64,000 bases of DNA from Candidatus Sericytochromatia bacterium (lineage in GTDB: Bacteria; Cyanobacteriota; Sericytochromatia; S15B-MN24; VGJW01): positions 32,001-96,000 of the forward strand of contig JAYKHS010000030.1 in the NCBI GenBank assembly GCA_035285865.1, in the 5' to 3' direction. A program made the position numbers and the translations under genes. The notes beneath the pieces are model-generated. The model was not told where the DNA came from and did no database searches. It saw only the letters and a program-made list of their open reading frames with translations. The stretch's first letter is position 1, and the number at the start of each line of letters is the position of its first letter. Shown here piece by piece: positions 39,706 to 48,384 of this stretch.

Positions 39706-40353
39706 ATGGCTACGCTGATGAGCATCATGCTGATGCTGACAGCCGGGATGGTCACGATGGCGGGTGCGGGTCTGACGGGCCTGTCGTACGGGGAACTCTA
39801 CATGCTCGTCGATCGGGCTGTTCGGCACCCTGTCCCGCTGACGGGGGTGCTCACGGTCGAGGAGGCCACCAGCGAAGGCTGGACGACTGATCGTTACGCC
39901 GTGCACACGTACCCGGACGGCCAGGTCACCACGGAGGTCGAGCGCAGCAGCCGCCTTCCCCGGGGCCTGCGTATCCGGGAGATTCCGGGGGGAGACCTTG
40001 AAGTGCGTTTGCCGGGCATCCTCGGCGCCTTGCCGATCCGCGTCACTCCGACGGACCCTCGCGCCCTCACCCGTCAGGGATTCCGTGCCTCGGATGTGAC
40101 TCCGGTCGCCCTTGCCAAAGCACTTCTCGCTCAGGTGGATCGCTTGCAACGTGGTGTGCGTTCGGTCGTGCCCGAGGGTCTCGTGGGGGTGCATTTGCCA
40201 TCCACGAGAGGTCTGCCGCCCGGGGTGGACGGTGCGGAGGCCGGTGTGGCCCCGGACGGCACGGTACGCTGGGGGTGTCTGTATCGTGGCGGTGAACCCG
40301 TCTATCGGTTCCGGCTGATGGTCGACGCCGGGACGAGCAATCGGGCCGGCTGA
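39706..40353 (+). CDS. Exported LolA/DUF1571-like protein
   Basis: Hydrophobic N-terminus; LEVRLPG...DPRA...G...DVTP block shared with next gene. Confidence 0.55.
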   Translation: MATLMSIMLMLTAGMVTMAGAGLTGLSYGELYMLVDRAVRHPVPLTGVLTVEEATSEGWTTDRYAVHTYPDGQVTTEVERSSRLPRGLRIREIPGGDLEVRLPGILGALPIRVTPTDPRALTRQGFRASDVTPVALAKALLAQVDRLQRGVRSVVPEGLVGVHLPSTRGLPPGVDGAEAGVAPDGTVRWGCLYRGGEPVYRFRLMVDAGTSNRAG

Positions 40354-40364
40354 TTTTCTGTTCC

Positions 40365-40393
40365 TTGACGAGGGGTTCACGGCTTCTTAAAAT
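40365..40393 (+). promoter_or_regulatory. Sigma70 promoter TTGACG-N17-TAAAAT
   Basis: Near-consensus hexamers and spacing. Confidence 0.7.
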
Positions 40394-40424
40394 ACAGAAG
40401 TCCTCCGACCGGAGCCCCGATCCC

Positions 40425-41180
40425 TTGTTGCCTGTCCCGAAGTTTGCCTTCCGCGCCGTCATGGGTGTGCTGGCGGCGCTTCTGGCGGCGTGCGGCGGCT
40501 CTCCTCCTTCCGGGACAATGCCGGATCCGGTGCTTCCGGGGCCGATGCCGCAGCCTCTGCTGCCTACGCCTGGCTTTCCTCAGCAGGGTCAGGACGAGCT
40601 GGGTGCCCTGCTGGCACGGATCGATGCCAGCACGCGTCCGCTCAGGGCGTACGAGGCCATCAATCAGGTCCAGGAATGGACTGCGTCGAAGCAGCAGCGT
40701 TCTCAGGCCAAGCTTTTGTTCCGTCCTCCGGGCACGGCCCGCAGCGAGTTCATCTCCGGCAACGGGCCGCCGGTCGGGATGGCTGTACTGTCGCACGGTG
40801 GCCCGACGGTCCAGATCAAGCTCCCCGGAGCCCTGTCCTTCGTCAAGATGACGGTCAGCAGCCGCGATTCCAGGTCGCGTTCCCTGATTGGCCTCTATCC
40901 GGACGAGGTGACGCCGGCCAGTTTTGCCATGCTGATGCGCCAACCCACGGCTCGCCTGACGATCGGGGGCCGAGAGCGCCTCGGGCAACGGGATGTCGTG
41001 CTGATCAGGGTGGAGGGTGCGCGCCTGCCCGGTGGGCTGGACGGTGTCACGGTCGGCTTCGATTCGCGTACCGGAGAGTGGTTGCTGGGACGGTACTACC
41101 GTTCACGCCAATTGGTCTACGAGTCCGCATACCTTCGGCGCGTCGAGCGTACCGTCCAGGATCGCGAACTGGAACTCTGA
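40425..41180 (+). CDS. LolA/DUF1571-like lipoprotein
   Basis: Lipobox LAAC, Pro-rich linker, KLLFRPPGTARSE LolA-type strand; start uncertain (40425-40461). Confidence 0.65.
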   Translation: MLPVPKFAFRAVMGVLAALLAACGGSPPSGTMPDPVLPGPMPQPLLPTPGFPQQGQDELGALLARIDASTRPLRAYEAINQVQEWTASKQQRSQAKLLFRPPGTARSEFISGNGPPVGMAVLSHGGPTVQIKLPGALSFVKMTVSSRDSRSRSLIGLYPDEVTPASFAMLMRQPTARLTIGGRERLGQRDVVLIRVEGARLPGGLDGVTVGFDSRTGEWLLGRYYRSRQLVYESAYLRRVERTVQDRELEL

Positions 41181-41181
41181 C

Positions 41182-41700
41182 TCAGGCGTGGAAACCCACC
41201 GCACCCACGGCAAGGCTTGCCGGTCCGGGGCGTTTCCCGAGGACGATGCCGATGCGTGTAAGGCGGCTCAGGTCCAGAATGCCCGTGGTCATCTCCGGGT
41301 GGAAGGCGGCGAAGGGCAGGTCGATCGTCGTCCATGCAGCCGGCGCCCACGCTTCCGCGCAGTAGTGCTCCCACGGGCGACGTTGCTGGAGGGAACGAAG
41401 GTGAACCTGGAACGGTGCCCCCACCCCCCGGACCAGCAGACGCACCCCGCGAAGATGGGTGGCATCGAAGGGGTGCTCCCGCGTCACGAGAGGCAGGGCA
41501 ACCTGGATGAAGCCTCCGCGATTCTCGAGTCGGACTGTGCCTTCGAGATGGAGGCAGGCCCGGCCGTCGATCGTGTCGTAGCGGACTTCAGCATCAGAGA
41601 GCCCACCCATCACCCGGTCCGTGAAGGCCATCCATCGCGTTCCGAGTCTGCTGGTGCCATCGCCGTTGAAGGTGTCGATCCAGAGTGCGGTTGCAGTCAT
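41182..41700 (-). CDS. CIA30/NDUFAF1-family protein
   Basis: W..FTDRVMGGLS, GTVRLENRGGFIQ, IDLPFAAF. Confidence 0.9.
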   Translation of the reverse strand: MTATALWIDTFNGDGTSRLGTRWMAFTDRVMGGLSDAEVRYDTIDGRACLHLEGTVRLENRGGFIQVALPLVTREHPFDATHLRGVRLLVRGVGAPFQVHLRSLQQRRPWEHYCAEAWAPAAWTTIDLPFAAFHPEMTTGILDLSRLTRIGIVLGKRPGPASLAVGAVGFHA

Positions 41701-41706
41701 GGCTTG

Positions 41707-41736
41707 AGCGTAACGCAGTTGTCTGGTTTCTGTATA
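41707..41736 (-). promoter_or_regulatory. Leaderless promoter TATACA-N18-TACGCT with CarH-type repeats TATACA/CAGACA
   Basis: TGTCTG 41720 and TGTATA 41731 on + strand; -10 is 6 nt before ATG. Confidence 0.7.
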
Positions 41737-41796
41737 GGTTTTGGTGCTCTGCGGCGGCCTGCAGTCAGTCTGGGAGTCGTGCTACGATGGAAGCCT

Positions 41797-41869
41797 GCGG
41801 GAGTAACTCAATTGGTAGAGTTCCAGCCTTCCAAGCTGGCTGTTGCGGGTTCGAGCCCCGTCTCCCGCT
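41797..41869 (+). tRNA. tRNA-Gly (anticodon TCC), CCA not encoded
   Basis: GCGGGAG/CTCCCGC acceptor stem, CCAGC-CTTCCAA-GCTGG arm, GGTTCGAG T-loop. Confidence 0.97.
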
Positions 41870-41912
41870 CTCCTTTGCCGGCATCGCGCCGGTGGCCCGA
41901 AAGGGCCGGCAG

Positions 41913-42638
41913 ATGACGATGGACGCTCGTCGCCTGCGCGACCGGGTTTTCCTCGCGGTCGATACCGAGACGACGGGACGCCCGACCTCGGCGGGTGGCC
42001 TCATCGAGATTGCCGCTGTTCGGTTCCTGGGTTCGGGGGAGGTGCTGGACACGTTCAGCCAACTCGTCAGGCCCAGGCATTCGGTTTCTCCGTTCGCCAC
42101 CAAGGTTCACGGTCTGCGCACGGCCGACCTCGCGGATCAACCGCGCATCGAACAGGTGATGCCCCGCTTCGGTGCCTTCCTCGAAGAGGGAGCTCCCATC
42201 GTGCTGGCGCACAACGCCGGCTTCGACCTTTCGTATCTGTCGGTGGCCTTCCAGGCTTCTGGAATGGAACAACCCGCCAATTCGGTCTACTGCACCCTCG
42301 ACATCGCACGAAAGTTGATGCCCGAGGCTCCGGGGTTTCGGCTGGGCGTGCTGGGCGAGAGTCTCGGCTTGCCGCAGGGTGTGCTGCATCGGGCTTTGGC
42401 TGACTGCGTCCTGCTCAAGGACATTTTCGTCCACTGGGTCAATGTCTTCCCTGCCTTCAACACCGTGGAGGAGCTCGAGGCTGGTTTCCGCAAGTGGGCT
42501 TTCGGAATTCGCAAGCGAAAGGTCCGCAGCAGACGTCGGCGGGGAAATCGTCCCGGCGATGATGTTGTCGACAGCGCATCGGAGTCGCCGGACGATGACG
42601 GGAGCCACGAGGATGTCGTGGACACCGCCGACGTCTGA
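41913..42638 (+). CDS. DEDDh 3'-5' exonuclease (DnaQ-like)
   Basis: VDTETTG, AHNAGFD, HRALAD. Confidence 0.92.
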   Translation: MTMDARRLRDRVFLAVDTETTGRPTSAGGLIEIAAVRFLGSGEVLDTFSQLVRPRHSVSPFATKVHGLRTADLADQPRIEQVMPRFGAFLEEGAPIVLAHNAGFDLSYLSVAFQASGMEQPANSVYCTLDIARKLMPEAPGFRLGVLGESLGLPQGVLHRALADCVLLKDIFVHWVNVFPAFNTVEELEAGFRKWAFGIRKRKVRSRRRRGNRPGDDVVDSASESPDDDGSHEDVVDTADV

Positions 42639-42649
42639 GGCGGCTGGCC

Positions 42650-43885
42650 TCAGCCCGAGACAAGCTCCAGCAGCGTGATCTCCGAGGGTGCGCCGAGGCG
42701 CATCGGCGGGCCCCACCATCCGGTCCCTCGGCTGACGTACAGCCACGTGTCGTCCTTCCGGAACAGTCCTGCGACGTGAGGCTGGTCGAGGCGCACCAGG
42801 AAGTTGAAGGGCACGATCTGGCCGCCGTGCGTGTGGCCGGAGAGTTGCAGGCTCACGCCAGCCTTGCGTGCAGCCTCGATGGCGGGTGGTTGGTGCGCCA
42901 GCAGCAGGATGGGAGTCCGGGCAGGACTGCCGGAAAGCGCAGCATCCAGATCAGGTCCCGGTCCCCCGAAGCGACGGGCTGTGAAGTCATCTACGCCTAC
43001 CACGACGAATGGAGCCCCGCCCTGTTCTAGGACGACGTGGGCGTTGCGCAGGACCGTGACGCCTGCTTGCCGCAGATGGTCGAGCCAAGGCTCCACGCCG
43101 GCGTAGTACTCGTGATTGCCGGGCACGAAGTGTATGCCGTGACGCGGTTTCCACGCAAGAAGCGGTGCCAGCTCGGGCGCCAGGCTCGAGACGCTGCCAT
43201 CCACGAGGTCTCCGGTCAGGGCCAGCAGATCCGGGTCAAGGTCCCGGATGCGTCGCGCCAACCGATCGACATAGCCTTGTCGGATCGTATTGCCGACATG
43301 CAGGTCGGAGACCTGAAGAATTCTGAGCCCGTTCCACTCGGGCGGGATGGCAGGATGGGCCACGCGTACCCTGACAAGACGAGGACCGTTCGTTGCGCTT
43401 GCGATGGCCGCAGCTGCCAGCAGCAGGCCGAGACCGAGCGCCGACAGCGTCAGCCAGCCATCCGCCTCGGCCGAGTGGGGGAGTTCGAGGCGAATGATGC
43501 CCGGAAATCGGGCGAGCAGGTCGGGCAGATGGCGGAGCGGTTCGGTTGCCAGCATGGTGCACAGCAGCAGGAAAGACGTGCCCTGCCAGACGTGACCCAC
43601 CCACGCCAGCACCCGGGCCACACCTGCGGGCAGAACGCGTTCAAGCAGGAAGCCGGACAGGGTCGTGGCCCAGAGGAGAATCAGCACCGCGGCTATCGGC
43701 ATCGGTCCTTGGGCCTTCAGGATCGGTGCTTCGCTCAAACGCATGAAGAGATACCCGTGCATGCTGCCCGTAAGCAGCAGAAGCACGCAGAGGAAGACAA
43801 GCCACCCGAGCAGGTCTCCGGGGCCGGGCCGGCGCCTCAGGCGAAGGGGCCCGCCTCGCTCGGCAGGCGATGCCTCGGTGGACAC
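42650..43885 (-). CDS. Membrane-bound metallophosphoesterase (YkuE-like)
   Basis: N-terminal TMs; SDLH, GDLVD, GNHE, LAHQP, SGHTHGGQ. Confidence 0.93.
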   Translation of the reverse strand: MSTEASPAERGGPLRLRRRPGPGDLLGWLVFLCVLLLLTGSMHGYLFMRLSEAPILKAQGPMPIAAVLILLWATTLSGFLLERVLPAGVARVLAWVGHVWQGTSFLLLCTMLATEPLRHLPDLLARFPGIIRLELPHSAEADGWLTLSALGLGLLLAAAAIASATNGPRLVRVRVAHPAIPPEWNGLRILQVSDLHVGNTIRQGYVDRLARRIRDLDPDLLALTGDLVDGSVSSLAPELAPLLAWKPRHGIHFVPGNHEYYAGVEPWLDHLRQAGVTVLRNAHVVLEQGGAPFVVVGVDDFTARRFGGPGPDLDAALSGSPARTPILLLAHQPPAIEAARKAGVSLQLSGHTHGGQIVPFNFLVRLDQPHVAGLFRKDDTWLYVSRGTGWWGPPMRLGAPSEITLLELVSG

Positions 43886-43887
43886 GT

Positions 43888-44778
43888 TCAGCGCTCCAGC
43901 CTCAGGCCGATCATCTCATAGGCCTCCCGAACCGGGTCATAGTCCTTGGAGTTGGCCTTCTGGAAGCCGTCCACACGGAAGATGCGTCGGATCTTGCCCG
44001 AGCCATCGTCCGACTTGGACAGGTTCAGGAAGAAGTCCTGGATACGCGAGACGAGGACCGGGTCCAGATCCTGCCGAACAGCGATGTTGTCGGACGGGAT
44101 GGGCGGAGAGACGCCAAGGATCCTGATCTGGTCCCGAGCACTCTGGTTGGGCAGGACTCCGGGACGGGTCCATGCGGCCTCGAGGGGGTTGGGGTTATTC
44201 AGGAAACACGCACCGGCGTCGACCTTCCCGTGGAAAACGGCCAGCACGACAGCATCATGTCCGCCGGCATTCTGGACCCGCAGGTCGCGCTCGGCCTTAA
44301 GGCCTGCCCGAATCAACATTACGCGAGGGTAGATGCTGCCCGAAGTCGAGTTGGGCTCCACGAAGGCCATGGATTTGCCCTTGAGGTCCTTGAGTGACCG
44401 TATCCCGCTGTCCTTCCTGGTGATGATGGCGGCATGGTAGGCAGAGCGTCCGCGGAAGACTGATTTCAGAATCACCCGGGCGCCAGCCTTGCGCTCGGCC
44501 AGAACGAACGCGGCAGGGGGGAAGAAAGCCATGTCGACTTGCTCGTGGCTCATCGCTTCCACCACCCCGGCGTAGTCGGACGTGATGCGCGGTTCCACCC
44601 GCATGCCCAGCGACTGACCCAACATCCGGGAGACCTCGGAGGCAATTCGTCCGATTTCTCCTGGGTTTTCCCACGGTGCGAAGCCTACGACGAGTTTGCG
44701 CGGCTTGTAGGCTGCGGCTGGTGCCGTGGCCGCGAGGATGCTTGTCGCAAGCACCAGAAGGCCGACGATGGGACGCAA
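43888..44778 (-). CDS. Phosphate/phosphite/phosphonate ABC substrate-binding protein (PhnD-like)
   Basis: DYAGVVEAM, NSTSGSIYP, GGHDAVV, IPSD; TTG start just after yraN stop. Confidence 0.9.
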   Translation of the reverse strand: MRPIVGLLVLATSILAATAPAAAYKPRKLVVGFAPWENPGEIGRIASEVSRMLGQSLGMRVEPRITSDYAGVVEAMSHEQVDMAFFPPAAFVLAERKAGARVILKSVFRGRSAYHAAIITRKDSGIRSLKDLKGKSMAFVEPNSTSGSIYPRVMLIRAGLKAERDLRVQNAGGHDAVVLAVFHGKVDAGACFLNNPNPLEAAWTRPGVLPNQSARDQIRILGVSPPIPSDNIAVRQDLDPVLVSRIQDFFLNLSKSDDGSGKIRRIFRVDGFQKANSKDYDPVREAYEMIGLRLER

Positions 44779-44780
44779 GT

Positions 44781-45125
44781 TCAGAATGCCTCGGGTATGT
44801 GGACGATTCGGGGTTCGCGCCCCATGGGCCATTCGATGCCCAGCACGTCAAAACGGATGTCGCCGTGCCAATGCCTTTTTTCAAGATACCACCGCGCCAG
44901 CAGTCGCAAGCGCCTGGCCTTCCGCGGGCACACGAAGCCTTCCGCCGGTTCATGCCGGCGGCACTTGACCTCCACGAAGCACATCGTGTCCGATTCCCGG
45001 ACGATCAGGTCGATCTCGCCGCGAGGCAGACGGACGTTCCGCGCGACAATCTCGGCACCACGCGCCCGGTACCACGCTGTCGCCACCGCCTCTCCAGCTC
45101 GGCCAAGCGCGATGTTGCGGTGCAT
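44781..45125 (-). CDS. yraN: YraN/UPF0102 family nuclease-fold protein
   Basis: LGRAGE, GEIDLIV, FVEVK, RFDV, HIPEAF; AGGAG RBS. Confidence 0.92.
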   Translation of the reverse strand: MHRNIALGRAGEAVATAWYRARGAEIVARNVRLPRGEIDLIVRESDTMCFVEVKCRRHEPAEGFVCPRKARRLRLLARWYLEKRHWHGDIRFDVLGIEWPMGREPRIVHIPEAF

Positions 45126-45262
45126 CCTGACAGTCTCCTGCTCCCATCGTCTGCTGGTGACTGCCGCCTGGCCAGCTCGGCATGACGGCGAATACGAGCC
45201 GGAACCTTCGCGCGCTGGTGGTCGTCTGCCCTTGCATGTACGATGGCTTAGGGAGGATGGGC

Positions 45263-45895
45263 ATGCGGGGAAGGTTCTGGCAGGTCGGTCTTCTTGCGTT
45301 GTTGCTGCTGCTCGGGGCTTCGGGGGTTGCCCGGGCGGATACGCGTCCCGAGGAAATCGCCGTCCTGCGTGAGCGGGTCCGGGAGGCTGAATTGGACCCG
45401 GATGTCCGTTTCGATCTCGCCATGGGGCTCGCACGCACACCTTGGCTGGAGCAGGGTTGGCAGGAACTGCTCAAGGTGCGGGAACTCGATCCCGCGTATG
45501 CGGACAAGGTCATCGCCCGCTATGCCCCTCTGGTCAAGGAGAACCCCGAAAACATCGAAGCTTGGTTTCGGCTGGCCTTCGGGCATTTTTTCGCCGGGCT
45601 CGAGCGCAAGGACTCCGAGTCGCGCCGACATGCTGTCGAGGCGTTTGGCAAGATCCTGACCGTCGATGCCCGATATGTCTGGGCTCTGAATTATCTGGCC
45701 TATCTGACGCACGAAGCTGGTGATCTGCCCGCAGCACTGGCGCTGGCAGAGCGGGCTGTCCAGGCCGGACCGGACAATGCCGTGGCTCACTTCCTCAAGG
45801 CTCAGGCGCTGGTCCGCCAGAACCGCTACTGGGCCGCGGCTCCTGAGTTGGCACTCGCGATGCGCCTTCGTGCGCAGGCTGGCTTTGGCGACTAG
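45263..45895 (+). CDS. Exported TPR protein
   Basis: Signal peptide ending ARA; TPR helices; GGGAGG RBS. Confidence 0.8.
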   Translation: MRGRFWQVGLLALLLLLGASGVARADTRPEEIAVLRERVREAELDPDVRFDLAMGLARTPWLEQGWQELLKVRELDPAYADKVIARYAPLVKENPENIEAWFRLAFGHFFAGLERKDSESRRHAVEAFGKILTVDARYVWALNYLAYLTHEAGDLPAALALAERAVQAGPDNAVAHFLKAQALVRQNRYWAAAPELALAMRLRAQAGFGD

Positions 45896-45939
45896 CGGAC
45901 ACTGGCGTGATGCTCCATGGGGTGCTAGGATGATGCCCC

Positions 45940-46013
45940 CGGGATGTAGCTCAGCTTGGTAGAGCGCGCGGTTCGGGACCGTGAGGCCGGAGGTTCGAAT
46001 CCTCTCATCCCGA
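45940..46013 (+). tRNA. tRNA-Pro (anticodon CGG), CCA not encoded
   Basis: CGGGATG/CATCCCG stem, CGCGG-TTCGGGA-CCGTG arm, GGTTCGAATCC. Confidence 0.97.
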
Positions 46014-46016
46014 TGC

Positions 46017-46049
46017 AGACGCCGGCAGCTTTAGGGTTTGCCGGCGTCT
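46017..46049. terminator. Hairpin between convergent tRNA-Pro and zinc-ribbon gene
   Basis: Perfect 11-bp stem AGACGCCGGCA/TGCCGGCGTCT. Confidence 0.65.
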
Positions 46050-46065
46050 CGTCGTCTAGCGGTTC

Positions 46066-46380
46066 TCAGGTGGCGTCCCGACTTCCAACAGTGCGCTGAG
46101 CACGGAAGCACGCGGGACAGTAAACAGGTCGCCCTTGAACGGGGCGGAAGGGGACCATCGTCTCCGTGCCACAACTGGAGCAGGTTGCCGGGAAGCGGGG
46201 CCTTGCGCCTTCCGCGGGCGGCACGGCGGGCTGGTTCGTGTTCTGCTTGCGCAAGCGCCTGCAGGATACGCAACGGACCGGAGGGTTGGTGTAGCCCTTC
46301 TGAGCATGAAATTCCTGCTCGCCGATGGAGAAGACGAAGTCCTTGCCGCAGTCCCGGCAGTGCAGCGACCGATCCTGCAT
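46066..46380 (-). CDS. Zinc-ribbon protein with CxxC-x17-CxxC domain
   Basis: CRDCGKDFVFSIGEQEF, PVRC..CR, CSSCG...VPFRP...RPVYCPACF. Confidence 0.92.
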   Translation of the reverse strand: MQDRSLHCRDCGKDFVFSIGEQEFHAQKGYTNPPVRCVSCRRLRKQNTNQPAVPPAEGARPRFPATCSSCGTETMVPFRPVQGRPVYCPACFRAQRTVGSRDAT

Positions 46381-46391
46381 GGTGCTCCCGA

Positions 46392-46865
46392 TCAGGTCAT
46401 TCCCGCGAGGACGTCGACTTCCTCACGGGAAAGGAGGCGGTCAAGGGCCAGAAGAAAAAGGATACGGTGACCCTGGCCTTCCGGAATGCGCAGGATCCCC
46501 GAGAGAAAGGGAGCCCGAGCGCCGGCGGCCGGCGGCACGGGTGCGATGTGCGTGGCATTGACTCGGACGACGTCACGTACCGAATCGGCCACGAGGCCGA
46601 CCTGCTGGCCCTCAAGATGGCTGATGATGATGCAGGGATGCCCCTCACCAGCCGCCAGACGTTCGAGACCGAAACGGGTCCGCAAGTCCAGAACGGGCAG
46701 AATGGTGCCGCGCAGGTCGATCAGGCCATCAATCCAGCGTGGCGCTTCCGGGACACGGATGACCGGGAGCAGCGGGATGATCTCCTGCACGCTCCCGATA
46801 TCCACACCATAGCTCTCGGCCGCCAGCGCGAAGGTGACGACCTGGAATTCGTCCTGGATGGCCAC
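46392..46865 (-). CDS. cheW: Chemotaxis coupling protein CheW
   Basis: YGVDI..VQEI, VPEAP..IDGLIDLRG.ILPVLDLR, GLVADSV. Confidence 0.92.
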   Translation of the reverse strand: MAIQDEFQVVTFALAAESYGVDIGSVQEIIPLLPVIRVPEAPRWIDGLIDLRGTILPVLDLRTRFGLERLAAGEGHPCIIISHLEGQQVGLVADSVRDVVRVNATHIAPVPPAAGARAPFLSGILRIPEGQGHRILFLLALDRLLSREEVDVLAGMT

Positions 46866-46868
46866 GCC

Positions 46869-47969
46869 TTACAGCCGGCGGACGATGCCGAATCCGACCG
46901 CGGCGCGAACCCGGGATGCCATCGCCTCGGCTTCCATTCGGGAGCTGAAACGGCCGACCCAGACTCGGTTCGGACCTGCCGTCGCCGTCGCGGGGATGCC
47001 GTGGACCGACGCATAGAGGCCCTTGGTCGAGAGCCTTCCGGCAGCAGCCTTGGCGCGTTCCTCGGTGGGGTGGCTGCCCAGGAAGACGACGAAGCGTCCA
47101 TCCCGCGACACCACCTGACCTCGGACGCCAGCCTTCCGGAACTGCCGGACGAGGGCCTTGGCCTTCGCCGAGGTGTCCACGTAGTTGGACCACAGAGACC
47201 ATTTTCCGCGGGTTCCGGTGCCCGTTCGCGTCGCCGGAAGCCCTTTTGACTTCAGACGCTGCACCACGGCCTGGGCGTTTTCCGGCACGTTGAATGCGCC
47301 TGCCTGAACGGTGTACACACCGCGATCACCCTTGGCCACGCGAAGGGCACGCGCCTTGCGAGCCGCACGACCCGTCTTGTCTGCAGTTCGTGCCGTGGCA
47401 AGGCTGGTGGCGGAGGTGGCGGCCTGAGCCGGCGGCTTGACCAGTGACCGGGCAACAGGGGCGACCGCAGGCGGAGCCTTGGCAGCGACAGGTGCTGGCT
47501 GATCGGCTGCAGGGACCGGTCGCGCCGCCACGGGAACAGGTTTTTCAGGCGATCCCGCAGGGGGGAGCTCGCCTCTGGGAGCAGTTTCGACGGGTGGTAC
47601 GGCAACTGCAGCCTGAGTCGCCGTTTGTGCCGGAGCCGCGGCAGGAGCTGGCGGAGGCACGGCAGGCGCAGCCGCCTGCGACGGTTGCGCCGCTTCCTCC
47701 GTCGCCGGCATCAAGCCGGAGAGAAACGGAATTTCGATGCCCTGGGACATGGCGGCATACGCACCACCGCCGACCAGGGTCAGGCCCAGAAGGGTGAAAA
47801 GGATGGCACGCCGGGCACCGCCGCCCGAGCCGGAGCCTTCCTCATCATCTTCCTCGTCGTCTTCGTCGTCCTCATCCTCGTCGTCGTAGCCATCTTCGTC
47901 TTCGTCTTCGTAGGCCGATTCATCCTCGTCCTCGAAGTCGAGTTCGTCGTCGTCGTTGTTCCTAGCCAC
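46869..47969 (-). CDS. SPOR-domain membrane protein (acidic N-tail, TM, Pro/Ala linker, about two SPOR domains)
   Basis: YTVQAGAF...NA, RVWVGRFSSR.EA repeats; GGAGG RBS + GTG. Confidence 0.85.
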   Translation of the reverse strand: MARNNDDDELDFEDEDESAYEDEDEDGYDDEDEDDEDDEEDDEEGSGSGGGARRAILFTLLGLTLVGGGAYAAMSQGIEIPFLSGLMPATEEAAQPSQAAAPAVPPPAPAAAPAQTATQAAVAVPPVETAPRGELPPAGSPEKPVPVAARPVPAADQPAPVAAKAPPAVAPVARSLVKPPAQAATSATSLATARTADKTGRAARKARALRVAKGDRGVYTVQAGAFNVPENAQAVVQRLKSKGLPATRTGTGTRGKWSLWSNYVDTSAKAKALVRQFRKAGVRGQVVSRDGRFVVFLGSHPTEERAKAAAGRLSTKGLYASVHGIPATATAGPNRVWVGRFSSRMEAEAMASRVRAAVGFGIVRRL

Positions 47970-48004
47970 GGCTCCTCCAGGAGGTTCTCGGACCACGAGG
48001 GTCC

Positions 48005-48036
48005 GCGTCGCCGCCTATATACCCGTGCGGCGACGC
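48005..48036. repeat. Perfect 10-bp inverted repeat with AT-rich loop
   Basis: GCGTCGCCGC-ctatatacccgt-GCGGCGACGC. Confidence 0.85.
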
Positions 48037-48054
48037 ATCAATCCCACGGGACGC

Positions 48055-48384
48055 TCAGGCGTCCTCGTCGTCCTCGGACATCTGCTCGAGAGCCGCGACG
48101 ACCCGTGCGAACTCCTCCTCGTCTTCGATGTGCGCCAGCGATTCGTCTGCCTCGAAACGCAGGACGATCACGCCGACTTCGCCGGCTTCCTCGCCATCCT
48201 CGGTGTCTTCGGAGGGCCCTGCCTCGCCGCTTTCGTCCAGGGGCAGCAGGAGGGCATATTCACGCCCCTCGACCTCGATGATGTCCAGCAGCTCGAACTG
48301 CTCCTGCTCGCCGTCCTCACCGAGCAGCGTGATGATGTTCTCCGCCTCGTCGGTCTCAGAGTGCTGGGTGTTCGCCGGATCCAT
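48055..48384 (-). CDS. DUF1292-like acidic protein
   Basis: ITLLGEDG...FELL..IEVEGREYALL.P, IEDEEEF..V; follows ruvX; AAAGGA RBS. Confidence 0.85.
   Translation of the reverse strand: MDPANTQHSETDEAENIITLLGEDGEQEQFELLDIIEVEGREYALLLPLDESGEAGPSEDTEDGEEAGEVGVIVLRFEADESLAHIEDEEEFARVVAALEQMSEDDEDA

Noticed and set aside
37366..40380. 1004-aa ORF suggesting a giant photolyase fusion
   Set aside because: Photolyase homology begins at 38766; the upstream part is the antisense shadow of two + strand genes
41797..46013. tRNAs as island integration sites
   Set aside because: No integrase, no duplicated tRNA 3' end seen, no obvious composition shift; the light island lies on the 5' side
47838..47960. 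Trinucleotide-like TCG/TCC/TCT run
   Set aside because: Coding low complexity for the Asp/Glu tail of the SPOR protein
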